A DNA stretch of 64,000 bases, from positions 28,830,001 to 28,894,000 of the forward strand of contig OX597836.1 of assembly GCA_951406725.2 (NCBI GenBank), read 5' to 3'. The notes under the pieces are model-generated. The model was not told the DNA's origin. It saw only the letters and a list, made by a program, of their open reading frames with translations, and did no database searches. The position numbers and the translations under genes are program-made. This DNA comes from Octopus vulgaris (taxonomy: Eukaryota). Numbering within the stretch: the first letter of the stretch is position 1; each line of letters starts with the position of its first letter. Of the stretch, positions 28,058 to 42,431 are shown piece by piece.

Positions 28058-28771
28058 TAATAATTGAAATATTTGAATATCTTTCTAAATTTATGGCAAC
28101 ATCTTATGGTAAAGTTTCCATTAACATTCAATAAAGTTAATTTAGAAATAATTATGTAATACATTTCTTCAAGGCAAAGATCACATATAGAATTACCAAT
28201 AGTGTACCATGGAGCATAACTAACAAAGGACCACTTTAAATCATAATGTTCCTATCTTTTAAATCCCAACTGAATTTACTACGATTTGTAGAATTACTTT
28301 TTCTTCTATACTTAAATGAATGAAAATGATTATAAAATCTAGATTTCCAAATTGTAGCGGATGAACCAATATATTGATTCATCTTTTTTCTTCTTTGTAA
28401 GCTCAAACGTATACTAATAATTGAAATATTTGAATATCTTTCTAAATTTATGGCAACATCTTATGGTAAAGTTTCCATTGACATTCAATAAAGTTAATTT
28501 AGAAATAAATATGTAATACATTTCTTCAAGGCAAAGATCACATATAGAATTACCAATAGTGTACCATGGAACATAACTAACAAAGGACCACTTTAAATCA
28601 TAATGTTCCCATCTTTTAAATCCCAACTGAATTTACTAAGATTTGTAGAATTGCTTTTTCTTCTATACTTAAATGAATGAAAATGATTATAAAATCTAGA
28701 TTTCCAAATTGTAGCGGATGAACCAATATATTGATTCATCTTTTTCCTTCTTTGTGTGCTCAAACGTATAC
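28058..28771 (-). mobile_element. Two tandem 357-bp copies of a PLE (Neptune-like) GIY-YIG C-terminal fragment
   Basis: QYIGSSATIWKSRFYNHFHSFKYRRKSNSTNLSKFSWDLK, frameshift, then YDLKWS...CDLCLEE...LLN...CCHK; units 28058-28414 and 28415-28771. Confidence 0.8.
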
Positions 28772-29346
28772 ATGTGTGTGTGTATGCGTGTATGTGTGTT
28801 GTGTGTGTGTGGTGTGTGTCTGTGTGTGTGAATCCATTTTATCATAAAAACTTCGCGAATGTATGTCTGTATAGTGTGACGTTGTATTCATACAAACAAT
28901 GAAATTCAGATAAGCGGAACACGAACAGGAAAGAAACCTAGAACATTATGTACTATTTTCAAGCGAGAAATGTTAACTGATATAAAGCAGTGCTTTGTTC
29001 AGGCCCAACACAAGAGAATTATTATGCACGATTGTTTTGTTGTTATTGTTGTTTTATTCTTAACAACAGGAGCACTTTTATATTATATTACATATATATA
29101 CACATACACATACACACACATATAGTGTACTCTTGTGTTATCAGTAGGTTGTTCAAAAAGAATTCCATCCAGTGAGCTATAAATATCATTTAATAAACAG
29201 GTTTTAAATGTGAGCTGTTCTATAAGTTTCATACTCAAATAATGCGATAACCAAATTGTGTGTGCCGTGTACTCTCCTGCAATCCTTCAAGCTCAAAATG
29301 ACTTCGCTCCTAAAATATCAAATAGGTGTTTTAGAACAATCTATTG

Positions 29347-29942
29347 CAATGGTTCTCAATCAAGGTCCATATGGCACCTGAGGGTCCATATAAGATTTTT
29401 GAGGGTCCACGCGACAAAATAATTAATTAGGGATGCACAATAGTATTTTAAAAGACCCTGAAAAGAGTTTGCTTTAGATGTATTTATTGGTATGTATTGC
29501 AAGAAACAGCTAGGTTCCTTTCTCTAACATTTTTGAACCTACATTTGAACCTAACATTTGAACCTACAAAAGTTAATGTAAGAAAATACAAAATGAGAAT
29601 TTTGGAAGAAGCTTCTATAAAACGAGGTTTTAAGCATTGAATGGTTGTGGGGTTCCACCAGACTAAAATAGCATTTAAAGGGGTCCATAGATAAAACAAA
29701 ATGGTTGTGAACCCCTGCTTTAGATGTATGTGTTGGTATGTATTGCAAGAAACAGCTAGATTTCTTTCTCCAACATTTTACATAATTCAACCTACACAAG
29801 TTAATGTGTGGAAAACAAAATAAGAATTCTGGAGGAAATATGTATAAAACTAGTTTTTAAACATCCAATGGCCATGGGGGTCCACCAGAATAAAACGGTA
29901 ATCAAAGAAGGAGTTCATAGGTAAAACTGGTTGGGAACCCCT
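29347..29942 (+). mobile_element. hAT/Charlie-like MITE with internally duplicated 3' half
   Basis: CAATGGTTCTCAA start; two successive 3' ends (TGGTTGTGAACCCCTG, TGGTTGGGAACCCCT); same architecture at 41857-42431. Confidence 0.6.
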
Positions 29943-30776
29943 TATCTAGGAGCAAACAGCTAGTCCTAAAATACTTGGTGTTGAAGTAGGAATCTGATGA
30001 AAGATAAACAGAGAGACGGTGAGTAACAGTAGAGGAAATGAAATGAAATTGAGTGAAAGGATGAAATGTTTATCTTCACACTTGACCAGAGTAACAAAGT
30101 AAGAGTGTGAGTTCGTGTGTGAGTGAGTTTAATTAAGATGACGATAAGTTGGAGAGAGAAAGATGTAAGAACGATTAGCAGATATTGATAGAAAATATAG
30201 CCTTTTACTTCAGTTACATATTCTGAAGGTAAGAAATTGAAAGGAAGAGATGTGAAAAATGGGAAATGAAAAGGCAGAATATTTCGTTGGCAGACGACTT
30301 TGCTAACCAAGCAGCTGGTTCATGATCGCACAACCATTTGAAAATAGCGGTCGAAACGCTCACAATTCTCCCCTGTCATCTTAAATAAAGACTATGTTGA
30401 ACAATATATTTAGATCAATTCAAATGTATTTGGAACGTATTCAACCTGTACAAAGGCGTCTTGAAATGACTGTGTTTTGGGAGTAATTTTTAACAGCTAC
30501 TGTCTAAAACAGGGTTTGTCAGTCATTTTCTCATCTATGCATCTTTTTGATTACTATTTTATTTTAGTGGACCCCCATAGCCATTCAGTGTTTAAAATTT
30601 AGTTACTTCTTTGAAACCTCCTATTTTGTTATTCACACAACCTACACAACCTTGTATAGGTTGAACTACGAAAAACGTTAAAGAAAAAAAAAACTGATCA
30701 GTTTCTTCCAATAAATCTTTCTAAAACAAAATGGACCGAAAATTCTTCTATAGACCCCGGATGAGAACCACCGGTC

Positions 30777-31194
30777 GGATCTTTTCGGTTTGAATGGCAG
30801 GTTTTTCTAGCGGCGTCATATGAAATTGTCACCCATAATTATGACCCTAGTATCGATCTGTTGCATTTCAATCTGTTTTAGGGTTAGGGTTAGGGGTGGG
30901 GGAAGGGTATCTTTTTTTCTTCACAAATGTAAATAAACCCAATCTGTTTCTTAAACGAGGGACATATTCATACGGCACAGAATGTTTTCACCTCAATGGA
31001 CGTCATCGATTGGTTGAAATTGCAGAAATTGAAAAAAAAACCCCAACAAATATCTTACAAACTATAACATTTTTTCAATAAAGCCAAGAGAAAAAGATGT
31101 TTTATAAACACATTCTACCAGTATACGAAGTTTAAAAGTGTTTAGTTACGTGGAAATAATTTTAAAAAACTGCCGTTCAAACCGAAAAGATTCC
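30777..31194. mobile_element. Second copy of the GG-TIR MITE
   Basis: Same TIRs and internal sequence as 14023-14440; TSD CACCGGTC/CACCGGTT. Confidence 0.85.
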
Positions 31195-31727
31195 CACCGG
31201 TTTAACGCTTGAACTCTTCTCAACGGTAAGCAGCAGTGAATACAGCCTCTGTGCTGCTCAAAAATGTCGCAAACATGTTTCAACTGATCTAAATGTTTGT
31301 TTACTCGTAACATCGTTTGCACGTGCCTTCTACAATATTTTGTTGTAGCCGAGGCTGGCGTCGCCTGTAATCAGCCAATGTTTTGATATTGGTTTACAAT
31401 AGGGAGGGCGACGGATTCTGATGTCCGTTTGCGGTACACGGTGCTAAAATATTTCAGGCCCTGTTGTAGAAACAATGGGAGTTGTCACAATTGTAAACAC
31501 CTTTTATCATAGCTCGACCACCATTAATCTGACAGTACACAGTAACAACAATAAAAACAAGGTTTAATTTGATCCGAGGGAAAACTGCTGCGCGGACGTT
31601 ACAATTTCTTTCAAACCAGACCACCTTGCCTTTGTATATTAAGAAGGACGCAAAAAATATTGGCCCGCCTATACAAACTGACCAGATCATTTATGTATGT
31701 GATTATGTCTGAGCACGCATGTGCGTA

Positions 31728-31793
<66 letters not shown>

Positions 31794-32038
31794 CGTGTGA
31801 ATGCGTAAGTGTGCGCGCGAGCGCGTTTAAAAACAAGACTATATTCAGATTTGATCTTTTTAAGACTTGAAATTGTTTGTATAACGCTTGAAAAGTTGAA
31901 AAAGTTGTTCTCTATTGACACAAAACACGTGCGCGCACGCACACAGAGAACGTGTGTGTGTCTGTGTGTGCATATGTTTGTGATAGTGTCCATGTGTGAG
32001 TGTGTGTGTGTGTATAAATATAAATATAAATATATAAA

Positions 32039-32435
32039 GGAGTGGCTGTGTGGTAAATAGCTTGTCTACCAACCACATGGTTCTGGGTTCAGTCCCACTG
32101 CGTGGCACCTTGGGCAAGTGTCTTCTACTATAGCCTCGGGCCGACCAAAGCCTTGTGAGTGGATTTGGTAGACGAAAACTGAAAGACGCCGTCGTATATA
32201 TGTATATATATATATGCGTGTGTGTGTTTGTGTCTGTGTTTGTCCCCTAGCATTGCTTGACAACCGATGCTGGTGTGTTTATGTCCCTGTTACTTAGCGG
32301 TTCGGCAAAAGAGACCGATAGAATAAGTACTGGGCTTACAAAAGAATAAGTCCCGGGGTCGAGTTACTTGATTAAAGGTGGTGCTCCAGCATGGCCGCAG
32401 TCAAATGACTGAAACAAGTAAAGGAGTAAAAGAAA
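32039..32435 (+). mobile_element. SINE family A copy
   Basis: Near-identical to 46526-46931. Confidence 0.9.
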
Positions 32436-32471
<36 letters not shown>

Positions 32472-32621
32472 TTATCAGTAATAATAAAAGGGTGAAATTA
32501 ATTAATTAGGGATAATTATCAATTACACTGAGTTGAGATGACGCATTACTCTGACACTGAGTTGAGATGACGCATTCTAGTATCTCAAAATTTAATATAC
32601 AATTATTCACAATTGTAGTAT

Positions 32622-32713
32622 CCTGCGCCGATGAGAGAAGAAGTCTGGGTAAAGTAGAATTTTCTAATTCTTATGATATCCTAAAACTTGATCTCGAAAC
32701 GTACGTCCGTAGG
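32622..32713 (+). ncRNA. Type I hammerhead ribozyme motif with long loop II
   Basis: CCUGCG-CCGAUGA-GAGA-(~53 nt)-UCUC-GAAA-CGUACG-UC|CGUAGG; palindromic stem III ACGUACGU; GUC triplet. Confidence 0.65.
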
Positions 32714-32909
32714 TAACTTAAAATTGCATGATGGATTGCCGTCATTTCATTCTTTCTTCTTACCTGTCTGTGTTTGCCTTTTAAGTGCTGTGTTTTTACT
32801 GAGATCCCCCTTTTAGTAGAAGGAATAGCTATATCTCTTTGACTGCTATTTCTAAATTCGGTGTGTTGGTGAGGCAATTCGTTGCTAAACCCTTAATTAC
32901 TTAGTATTA

Positions 32910-32958
<49 letters not shown>

Positions 32959-32964
32959 TTTCTT

Positions 32965-32998
<34 letters not shown>

Positions 32999-34076
32999 CA
33001 TATACAGATACAGAAATAGATAGATATGTTTATTATCATGTACATCCATATCAGAAGGACTAATATGGCAGCACCTGTAAAAAAGGACGATGATCAATAT
33101 TTGAAATGTGCATAAATTGAATGTTTGTATCGAAAACATCTTGGTACCATATATTCTTTTCTACTCTGGGCACAATGCCCGAAATTTTGGGGGCCAGTCG
33201 ATTAGATCGACCTCAGTACGCAACTGGTACTTAATTTACTGGTGTTGTTGTTGTTGGTGGTGGTGATGGTGTTTGTGATGGTAGTAGTGGTGGAGGGGTT
33301 GATGATGATGGTGGTGGCAGTAGTGAAGGTGGTGGTGGTGGTGGTGGTGGTGGTGGTGGTGGTGGTGTTAGTGATGGTGGTGGTCATGGTGATGGTGGCA
33401 GTAGTGAAGGTATTAGTGGTGGTGGTGGTGGTGGTGGTGGTGGTGGTGGAGGTGGTGGTGGAGGTGGTGGTGGTAGCGTTGAAGATAAACAACAAAGTAA
33501 TGACAACAATAAAAATATGAAAAATAAAAACGTGAATTTCTGGTACAGAATCCTTGCAACATAATTTTTTTGGTCGTGGGTATCATGGATAAAATCGATC
33601 CAGTACCTCCTGGGTACTTTATTTATCGACTTAGGAAGGATGAAAGGCCAAGCTAATCTCACCGGGTTTTGAAATCAAAACGCAAAGAGCTATATCTTCA
33701 TACAGGGCATTTTAGCAACTCTCAAACGATTCTGCAAATTCACTGTCTTAATAATTGTTTCTGATTTAGGCAAGAGGCTAGAAGTTTTTGAGGGGATGGG
33801 GCTTATTTGATACTATCGATCCAGTACTTAATTGGTACTTTATTTTATCGACCCCGAAAGGATGAACGTTAAAGTTGACGTCGGTGGAATTTGTACTCAA
33901 CTACACATACTCATGTTTGGTTGTCACCTTTTTCTTGTAAAAGATTTTAAAGATAGACAGATTGATACATACATACATAAATACATAATACATACTTACA
34001 TACATACATAAATATATACATACATACATACATACATACATACATACATACATACATACATACATACATACATACA

Positions 34077-34110
<34 letters not shown>

Positions 34111-34356
34111 CATGCATGCATGCATACATACATACATACATACATACATACATACATACATACATACATACATACATACATACATACATACATACATACA
34201 TACATACATACATACATACATACATACATACATACGCAGGAATGCATCAATCTGCCTTCCGATAAAATCTTTTGCAAAGAAAAGGTTGATAACCAAGCAT
34301 GCGTATGTGTAGTTGAGACAGACAGACAGACAGACGGCAGACAGATAGATACATTC

Positions 34357-34387
<31 letters not shown>

Positions 34388-34599
34388 TGTATGTATGTAT
34401 GTATGTATGTATGTATGTTTGTGTGTATGTATGTATGTATGTGTGTGTATGTATGTATGTATGGATGGATGGATGTGTATATAAATACATACATATATAC
34501 ATACATACATACATACATACATACATACATACATACATACATACATACATACATACATACATACATACATACATACATACATACATACATACATACATA

Positions 34600-35700
34600 C
34601 ATGACCTCCAATATGGCTTTCGTAAATCCAGATCAACTTTGCTATGTCATTCACCAGTCGAATCGCTCCCTTGAGATATTTGGTGAAAACTCTTCTTGAT
34701 ATCGACAGTTTTCAACTTATGAAAAAAATGGCACAATTTTGACTCCAAATTACACTAATCCAGCTTGTACTGAAATGGTTCTCTCTGACCCACACGGTAT
34801 TAATTCTGGTTTGCCACAATCTTTACTTCTTGTCCTCTCACGTCATAATCGTCACCATCCACAGCTATTCAGGTTAAACCATTCTCCATTCGTCACCAAT
34901 TTCCATACCTAAGAGCCATTCTCATACAAGCTATACATCTCACACAAAATATATGGTGATACCATGAACAGAGACCTTAAAAACACTCTCCGATGGAGTC
35001 ATGCCAATCTTGTATTCTACATTATATCAAGGAAACAAGGGCGTTACAGATGTTAAGCTTCGTCATCACAAATCATCTCTCCTGCCGAAATCACATCTTT
35101 GGACATAGTCAAGATTGTGCCACAAATACTGACCTTGCGTTTTATAGACTAAAAATACCAACTATTAAATCTCTACAAAGTTCAAATGAAATCCATAATG
35201 AAATACTAACTGCCCCTACAAGTGGTGCATTTCTGCTGCTACGCACACAATTATCATGGACCTATAATGAAGTAATAGCTTTACACATGGAGCCGTGTTT
35301 CTGCTACAAACACAGTCATCACGGACCCACAATGAAGTAACAACCCTAGGCCCATGTTTCTGCGACAGACACAGTCATCACGGACTCACAATGAAGTAAC
35401 AACCCTAGGCCCATGTTTCTGCTACAGACACAGTCATCACGGACTCACAATGAAGTAACAACCCTAGGCCCATGTTTCTGCTACAGACAAAGTCATCACG
35501 GACCCACAATGAAGTAACAACCCTAGGCCCATGTTTCTGCCACAGACACAGATATCCTACATCCACAACGGAGTAAAACCCCTACACGAAGGGCAGCGTT
35601 GTTGCTACATATACAGACACTCTCGGTCGTATTCAAACGAAAAGTTACCCGAGTTACCCGACATTAATTCACTCGCCAGTATACCCAACCTCTGACCCAC
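34600..35700 (+). mobile_element. Highly degraded CR1/L2-like LINE fragments
   Basis: HDLQYGFRKSRST RT motif, followed by disrupted RT-like remnants. Confidence 0.45.
35295..35550. repeat. Minisatellite, ~59-bp unit, ~4 copies
   Basis: CCATGTTTCTGCTACAGACACAGTCATCACGGACTCACAATGAAGTAACAACCCTAGGC. Confidence 0.9.
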
Positions 35701-36047
35701 TGACACGGATACTCCTCCACCATTTCCTCCTCTTCTCATAACCCACATTCTCTTCATTCCCTGGGCCCTGTCAATAACATCTGCACTCAACCCTATCTCG
35801 TGAATTCCCCATTCATTTTTTTTTCGTTTTTGACTTGTTTTTTTTCCTGTGGATATCAACTTGCAATTGTTAGAGTGAAACCATAGCTGCATCGAACCCC
35901 AGCCGTCGATCTTAAATAGCACTAGAAATATAAGACGAAAAATATGTTTGTATAGGCCTATGGTTAAGAAATTCGCTTCGCAACCACATGGTCGGGGGTT
36001 CGATTCTACTGCGAAACATTTGGGTGTATTTCTTTTACTACAGACTC

Positions 36048-36225
36048 TGCTGGTGTGTTTACGTATCCATAACCGTTACTGGTGTGTTTACGCCCCTGTA
36101 GCCGATGCTGGTGCGTTTACGTCCCCGTAGCCGATACTGGTGCGTTTACGTCCCCGTAACCGGTGCCGGTGTGTTTATGTCCCCCGTAACCGGTGTTGAT
36201 GCGTTTACGACCCCGTAGCCGATGC
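36048..36225. repeat. ~29-bp tandem expansion of a SINE A internal segment
   Basis: CCGATGCTGGTGCGTTTACGTCCCCGTA(A/G) x~6. Confidence 0.8.
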
Positions 36226-36801
36226 AAAAGGGACCGATACAATAAGTACCCAGCTTTAAAAAAGAAAGTAAGGACTGGGGTTGATACATTCGACTAAAAA
36301 TTCTTCAAGGCGGTGCTCCAGCATGGCCACGTTCTAATGCCTAAAGCAAGTAAAACAGACAAGATAAACGATGGACTTTTATCGTTTTTCTCGTTTCTAT
36401 CATTAAATTGCTGCCATGCTGGGGCACCACCTGAAAGAGCTTTTAGTGGAACGAATCGACCCCGATATTTACTTTTTAAATGTGGTACTTATTCTATCGG
36501 CCACTGTTGCCGAACCGCAAAGTTACGGGGACATAAACAAATCAACACCGGTTGTCAAGCGGTGGTGGAGGACAAACACAGACACACAAACACACACATA
36601 TATATATATATATATATACGACTGGCTTCTTTCAGTTTCCCTCTACCATATCCACTCACAAGGCTTTGGTCGGCTCGTAGTTATAGTAAAAAAACACTTG
36701 CTCAAGGTTCCACGCAGTGGGACTGAACCCGGAACCATGTAGTTGGGAAGCAAACTTCTTACCACATTCACCTCAAGAATCTTGCAAACCATATACCAAT
36801 A

Positions 36802-36835
<34 letters not shown>

Positions 36836-37296
36836 ATTATATAAGTATTATATTTAACATTACATATTCATAGAATAATTAAGTCATATATTATACATTT
36901 TATTGTGTTTTGTTACGCGTTTGATCCCCAAATCTGTGATGCAAGAAAAATAATAACAAAAGGGTGGAGGCAGCTACTCTACAATATTTGGTTGACATAA
37001 TATATTCAGTGTTTCAATGTTAATAACTGTTATTGAAATATCGATGCCTCTGTCACCCAAAACGTCAGGCAATGTCTTCTTCTTGTAGTTATTGTTGTTG
37101 TTGTTGTTGTGTTTAGTTATTTCACTTCACATTTGAATTTCAAATCCTTTCGTCTGTCTTAGAAGTCTTTAAAGTGTCGACTGAGATCAGAGTTGAATGC
37201 AAGTTTAATCGAGTTAAAAGGTATCTGATAGATGGTTTTTCATTCAGATTATAACCAAAATGTAGGGTGACTAAATTTTCTTCCTCTCTCCCTCCT

Positions 37297-37344
<48 letters not shown>

Positions 37345-38410
37345 ACATTTCTAAAAGGTTACCATAAACTGGTTCTTTGGACATGCCTGCGCCACGTTCT
37401 TACAATAACGCCGGTCACATCTTACCCTAATTGCCTTTTCTTTCGAGATCTCTGTAAAGCAGAGAAGATTTGATTTACCCATAATTTGATTTACTCATGA
37501 TTTGATTTGCCCATGCCAGTCCGAGTTATAAAGAAGACATTGCCACCAGCGAGAGGTAACCCTCCCGACGGAGCAAAAATTGGAGAACGTGTGAAAAGCA
37601 AAAAAAGAAGGCAAGGAGTTAGTAGTAAGGCTAAAACAAGTTGAAGTGCTGGAAAAGAGTTTTCTAGGATTTTATACTCACCAAATCATATCGTCTGTAC
37701 ATGCTTTCCGTGAATGGTAAACTCTATCTTACCGAGACAGAGTAATTCTTATTGCAGAGGGGTACAATATCTTCCTGTCAAACTATATATATATAAATAT
37801 ATTTCTTTTTTCCTGTGAAGGTAAAAATCTTATCTTCCCCAGAATGAGGGTACCTTGTCTACTTGTGAAGCTGTTTCTCTGTCTCTAAGCGAAGCTATAC
37901 AATATCTTCCTGTTCTAGAATGTGTATTCCTTAGGGCAAAAAAAGAGAGAAATTAATCCGGATTTCGAAGGGTTGGTCACAAACAGTGGCTGCTGTTGTT
38001 ATCCTCGCCTTTTATAATCATTGTCACTTTCTTGTTATGCTTACTATTGTTAAAAGTTTTGTTTCGTTTTTTTGTGTGTGTGGTATTGGTGGCGATGGTG
38101 GGGAATTAGGGTTAGGGTTACGTTGAAGGAGGTGGAGTTTAGGTGGTGGTGCCGGTGGTACTGGTATTATAGTGGTGTTTTGGCAATAGTAAGGTGTTGT
38201 AACCGTGAAGAGGTGACGTAGTGATACTGTTGTGGTGACAATGTTATACCCTTCTTGAAGAGGTTTTAGTAGTAGTAGTAGTATAGTGGTGGTAGTGGTT
38301 GTAGTAGTAGTAATGGTGGTGGTGATGGTGGTGGTGTGGTGGTAGTGGTGGTGGTGGTGGTGATGGTGTGGTGGTAGTGGTGGTGGTGGTGGTGGTGTTA
38401 GTGGTGGTGT

Positions 38411-38448
<38 letters not shown>

Positions 38449-38777
38449 TAATGGTGGTGGTGGTGGTGGTGGGTGGTGGTGGTGGTGGTGGTGGTGGTTG
38501 TAATAGTAGTGTTGGTGGTGGTGTTAGTAGTAGTAGTAATAGTAGTAGTTGTAGTAGTGTGTGTGGTAGTTGTTGTTGTTGCTGTGGTGGTTGTGAGGCC
38601 CAGAATTAAAATAAATATTGTGGTTGAGGCACACAAGATAGGGGAAAAGATTGTTTCCACTATGGCGGCGACGACGACGACGTTACTTTAGCCAAGATGT
38701 CACCTGTTGTGTCAACCGTCTACCAAACAACAGGATGCGGGATCGTACGGCCTTATTTTTCACGAACTATAATCGTG

Positions 38778-38864
<87 letters not shown>

Positions 38865-40499
38865 TGTGTGTGCGTGTAAGTGCGTGTGATATTGTTTGCT
38901 TGATTTGTGCACGTATAAGTTTCTCATATGTACATATGTGTCTGTGTGTGCATGTGTGTGTATATATATGTGTGCGTACGAGTGTGTGTATGTGAGAGCA
39001 TGAATGTGTATGAGTGTGTGCGTGTATGTGCGTGTGTGTGTGTGCGTGTGTGTGTATATATATGTGTGCGTACGAGTGTGTGTGTGTGTGTGAGCATAAA
39101 TGTGTATGAGTGTGTGTGTGTGCGTGTGTGTGTGTATATGTGTGCGTACGAGTGTGTGTGTGTGTGAGCATGAATGTGTATGAGTGTGTGTGTGTGTGGT
39201 GTTGTATGGCGCGGCCTGGAGTCTTGTGGTATGTATGTGTGCGCGCGTGTGTGCATGTGCCTATGTGTGTGTGTGTGTGTGTGTGTGCACATGTGTGCGT
39301 ATGAGTGTGTGTGCATAGATAGAGAGAGAAAGGTCAAACTATGTGCGTGTGTAAGCAATATGATGCGTAAGTAATGGAGCGGAGATTGGGAGAGGTGGGA
39401 GTCGAGAGAAAACGACGATGGCGATGATGATGATGATGATCATGATGATGGTGACAAACGAAGGGGACAAAAGGAAAAGAAAAAAAAAAGGAAGAAAAAT
39501 ATAAAAAGGAAGGGAACAAGGAAGAAGGGGGTGAAGGGGAAGAAGAAGAAAAGGAGAAAAGGAGAGAAGAGGAACAGGTGAAAAAGGAGCTGAAGGGGAA
39601 GAAGAAAAGGAGGAGCGAGATCGGGAAGAGGAGGATGAAGAGGAGGGGGAGGAGGGGGAGGAGGAGGAGGTGGTGGTTTTGGTGGTGGTGGTGGTGGTTT
39701 TGGTGGTGGTGAAGGTATTGGTGGTGGTGGTGGCGAAGAAGAAGAAGAAGAAGAAGAAGAAGAAGAAGAAGAAGAAGAAGAAGAAGAAGAAGAAGAAGAA
39801 GAAGAAGAAGAAAGATAAGAAGGCAAGAATAAGCCAGGTTTTTTTTCTTCTTTTATTTCTGCCAAATTTCTTTTCTTTCTTTTTCGTCTCTTTTTGTATT
39901 TCTAATCTCTTCCTAACACCCACCCCACCACAACCACCACCACCACACCCACTTCTTTTCTTAGCTTCGCCAGTTAAGATAAGGTTGTTTTGTTCTTTTG
40001 TTTTTTCGATGAAATATAATAGCTGCAAAACACCAACATCACGGTTCTAAAGACATGCACCGCTGACAAACGATACGGCAATCAACAGCACAGCAACAAG
40101 CATACGTAGTAATACTGCACCTCCACATGCCTACACGCTGAAGAAACGTGCTCATACATAACTTGAATGCAGGTGCATACACTTATATATTTCTTTATTG
40201 CCCACAGGGGGCTAAACATAGAGGGCACACACAAAGGGATTAAGTCGATTACATTGAGCCCAGTGCGTAACTGGAACTTGTTTAATCGAGCCCGAAAGGA
40301 TGAAAGGCAAAGTCGACCTCGACGGAATTTGAACTCAGAACGTAGCGGCAAACGAAATACCTATTTCTTTACAACCCACAAGGGTGCTAAACACATCTCG
40401 GTCACTTATCCCAGTTGATGTCCGACCTGGGACAGTACAAGACACTTGATCTTTCCTTGGACAGTGCAAGAAACTTGATTGTGAGCTTGCATGGTTACA

Positions 40500-41400
40500 C
40501 TGTTCCCCAATTCGATTGCAGGATGCCTAAAGATCTGGTCTGAATTTGTTGCACTCTGCCTCCTTCAGCAACGACGCCAGATCGTCATGAAGCCAGTCGA
40601 CAAAGATGGTGCTACGGTGGTATAGCCATCTGACCTCTACATAACGGAAGCTCTTCCTCAGCTGTTCTAACTTAACTTATCCAAGGTTACATGCCTTCAC
40701 AACCAACAACTGCTGTTCACTACTATACATGAAGTCACTTCTCTCCTCCCTCTTACAGCTATTAACTCATCATCTACACACTTCGCACTTCCACCGTCTA
40801 CTTCAGCCCCAACTTCCATAAGGCTAACACCCAAACACCCCTACTTGATAAGTTGTTTTCCATGTAACTGCTCCACCGATCTCATATCCAAATACATCAA
40901 CCAACTTTTCTCATTCTTGGTAGCAGCTCTTCCCGTCACACATTCATGGCACCAATCGAGCCCTCCACCTCTACTGTTCTGAAAACCCAACTCTTTTACT
41001 CTTCTACGAGGGGGTGCTAAAAAGTTCCTTGCTTTGGGTAAAAGAAAATACAGGAAGATCAGTTAATTATGATTTTATTCAACATATTCCCCTCTCAGAT
41101 TCACACACTTATTGCATATTCCCCTCTCAGATTCACACACTTATTGCAGTGGTCCTTCAATTTTTCTAAGCCCTGTAAAAAAACTCAGAAGGTTGGGCCT
41201 CCAACCTAGCTTTTTGCGACATCCTTAAAGCCAGGAACTTTTCAACAACCTCCCTTACTTCTTGTTTTCCATTCATGCATGTTGTGTTTGAACCAACATC
41301 GCATTTTCTTTCTTTCTCTAGTCTTGATGAGGAATCACTGTCCGAAACAGAAAATTATCTTCTTTGTTCCCACGCCTATTAAATACATTCATTTTGTATC
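40500..41400 (+). mobile_element. Degraded Penelope-like element RT fragment with degenerate hammerhead at its 3' end
   Basis: MKPVDKDGATVV*PSDLYITEALPQL (PLE KPADKG..VV motif) and ..FHKANT..CNCSTDLISKYINQL; TTGATGA-GGA..TCC-GAAAC at ~41324-41348. Confidence 0.7.
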
Positions 41401-41856
41401 TAATATCACTTATTACAGAGGTGGATTATGTCTGAGTAAAACATGCGGTAGTCAAAACTTGAACATCCATAACCGTAGATCTGTTGGATCGCGGCTGAGC
41501 TGACAAAATAACATCTCAGCTTTACTTTGTACCGTACCAAGACCACAACTATACTAAGTCGTCACCAACAGCAGTACCACTATCACCATTTTAATCACCA
41601 ACACCGATGAGCCCGCGATGGAGTCCCAATGTGATTGTTCGACCTGCTACAAATAAAAGCCAGATTTCCATCAAATCACAACCAAAAATGGCCGCTGTAT
41701 AATGCATCTAGAACTACATTGCCAAATGTCTGAAATTAAGATGGATCATCACGGCTGAAATACTTTCAACTGTGGGTCTGCTCAATCAGACCTATGATCT
41801 AGGACTAAACACTAAGAATACCTAATATTCGAACCAATGAAGGAACCTCAATAAAA

Positions 41857-42431
41857 GTGTTTCTCAACCGGGGTCCATATGGCCACTAAGGCTCCACATA
41901 AGATTTATGGGGGTCCATGCAAACAAATAGAAAGTTGGGGATCCACAATAGTATTTTAACGGTCCCTAAATAAATGTTGCTTTAGATGTATGCATTGGTA
42001 TGCGTTGCAAGAAACAGCTGGGTTTCTTTCTCTAACATTTTACATAGTTGAACCTACACAAGTTAATACGTGAAAAAGAAAACAGGAATTTTGAAAGAAG
42101 TTCCTCTAAAACTGGTTTTTAAACATTGAATGGCTATGAGGGTCCACCAGAATAAATCAGTAATCAAAGGGGACCATAGATAATTTTAAAAAATGGTTGG
42201 GAACTCCTGCTTTAGATGTATGTATTACAAGAAACAGATAGGTTTCTTTCTCAAACATTTTACATAGATCAACCTCCATAAGTTAATGTGTGCAAAACAA
42301 AATAGGAATTTTGGAAGAAGTTTCTATAAAACTCGTTTTTAGACATCGAATTGCTACGGGGTTCCACCAGAATAAAATAGAAATCAAAGAGGTCCCCACT
42401 AGATAAAAAAAAAAATGGTTGAGAACCCTTG
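41857..42431 (+). mobile_element. hAT/Charlie-like MITE with internally duplicated 3' half
   Basis: GTGTTTCTCAACC start; ends TGGTTGGGAACTCCTG and TGGTTGAGAACCCTTG. Confidence 0.6.

Noticed and set aside
30878-30900. Telomere or interstitial telomeric array
   Set aside because: Only 2-3 TTAGGG units, inside a MITE.
35295-35550. CRISPR-like array (also 47015-47420 and 62965-63400)
   Set aside because: Units are contiguous tandem copies with no unique spacers; eukaryotic context and no cas genes.
37690-37740. Additional minus-strand hammerhead (also 27045-27075 and 51190-51225)
   Set aside because: Core too degenerate to support a call.
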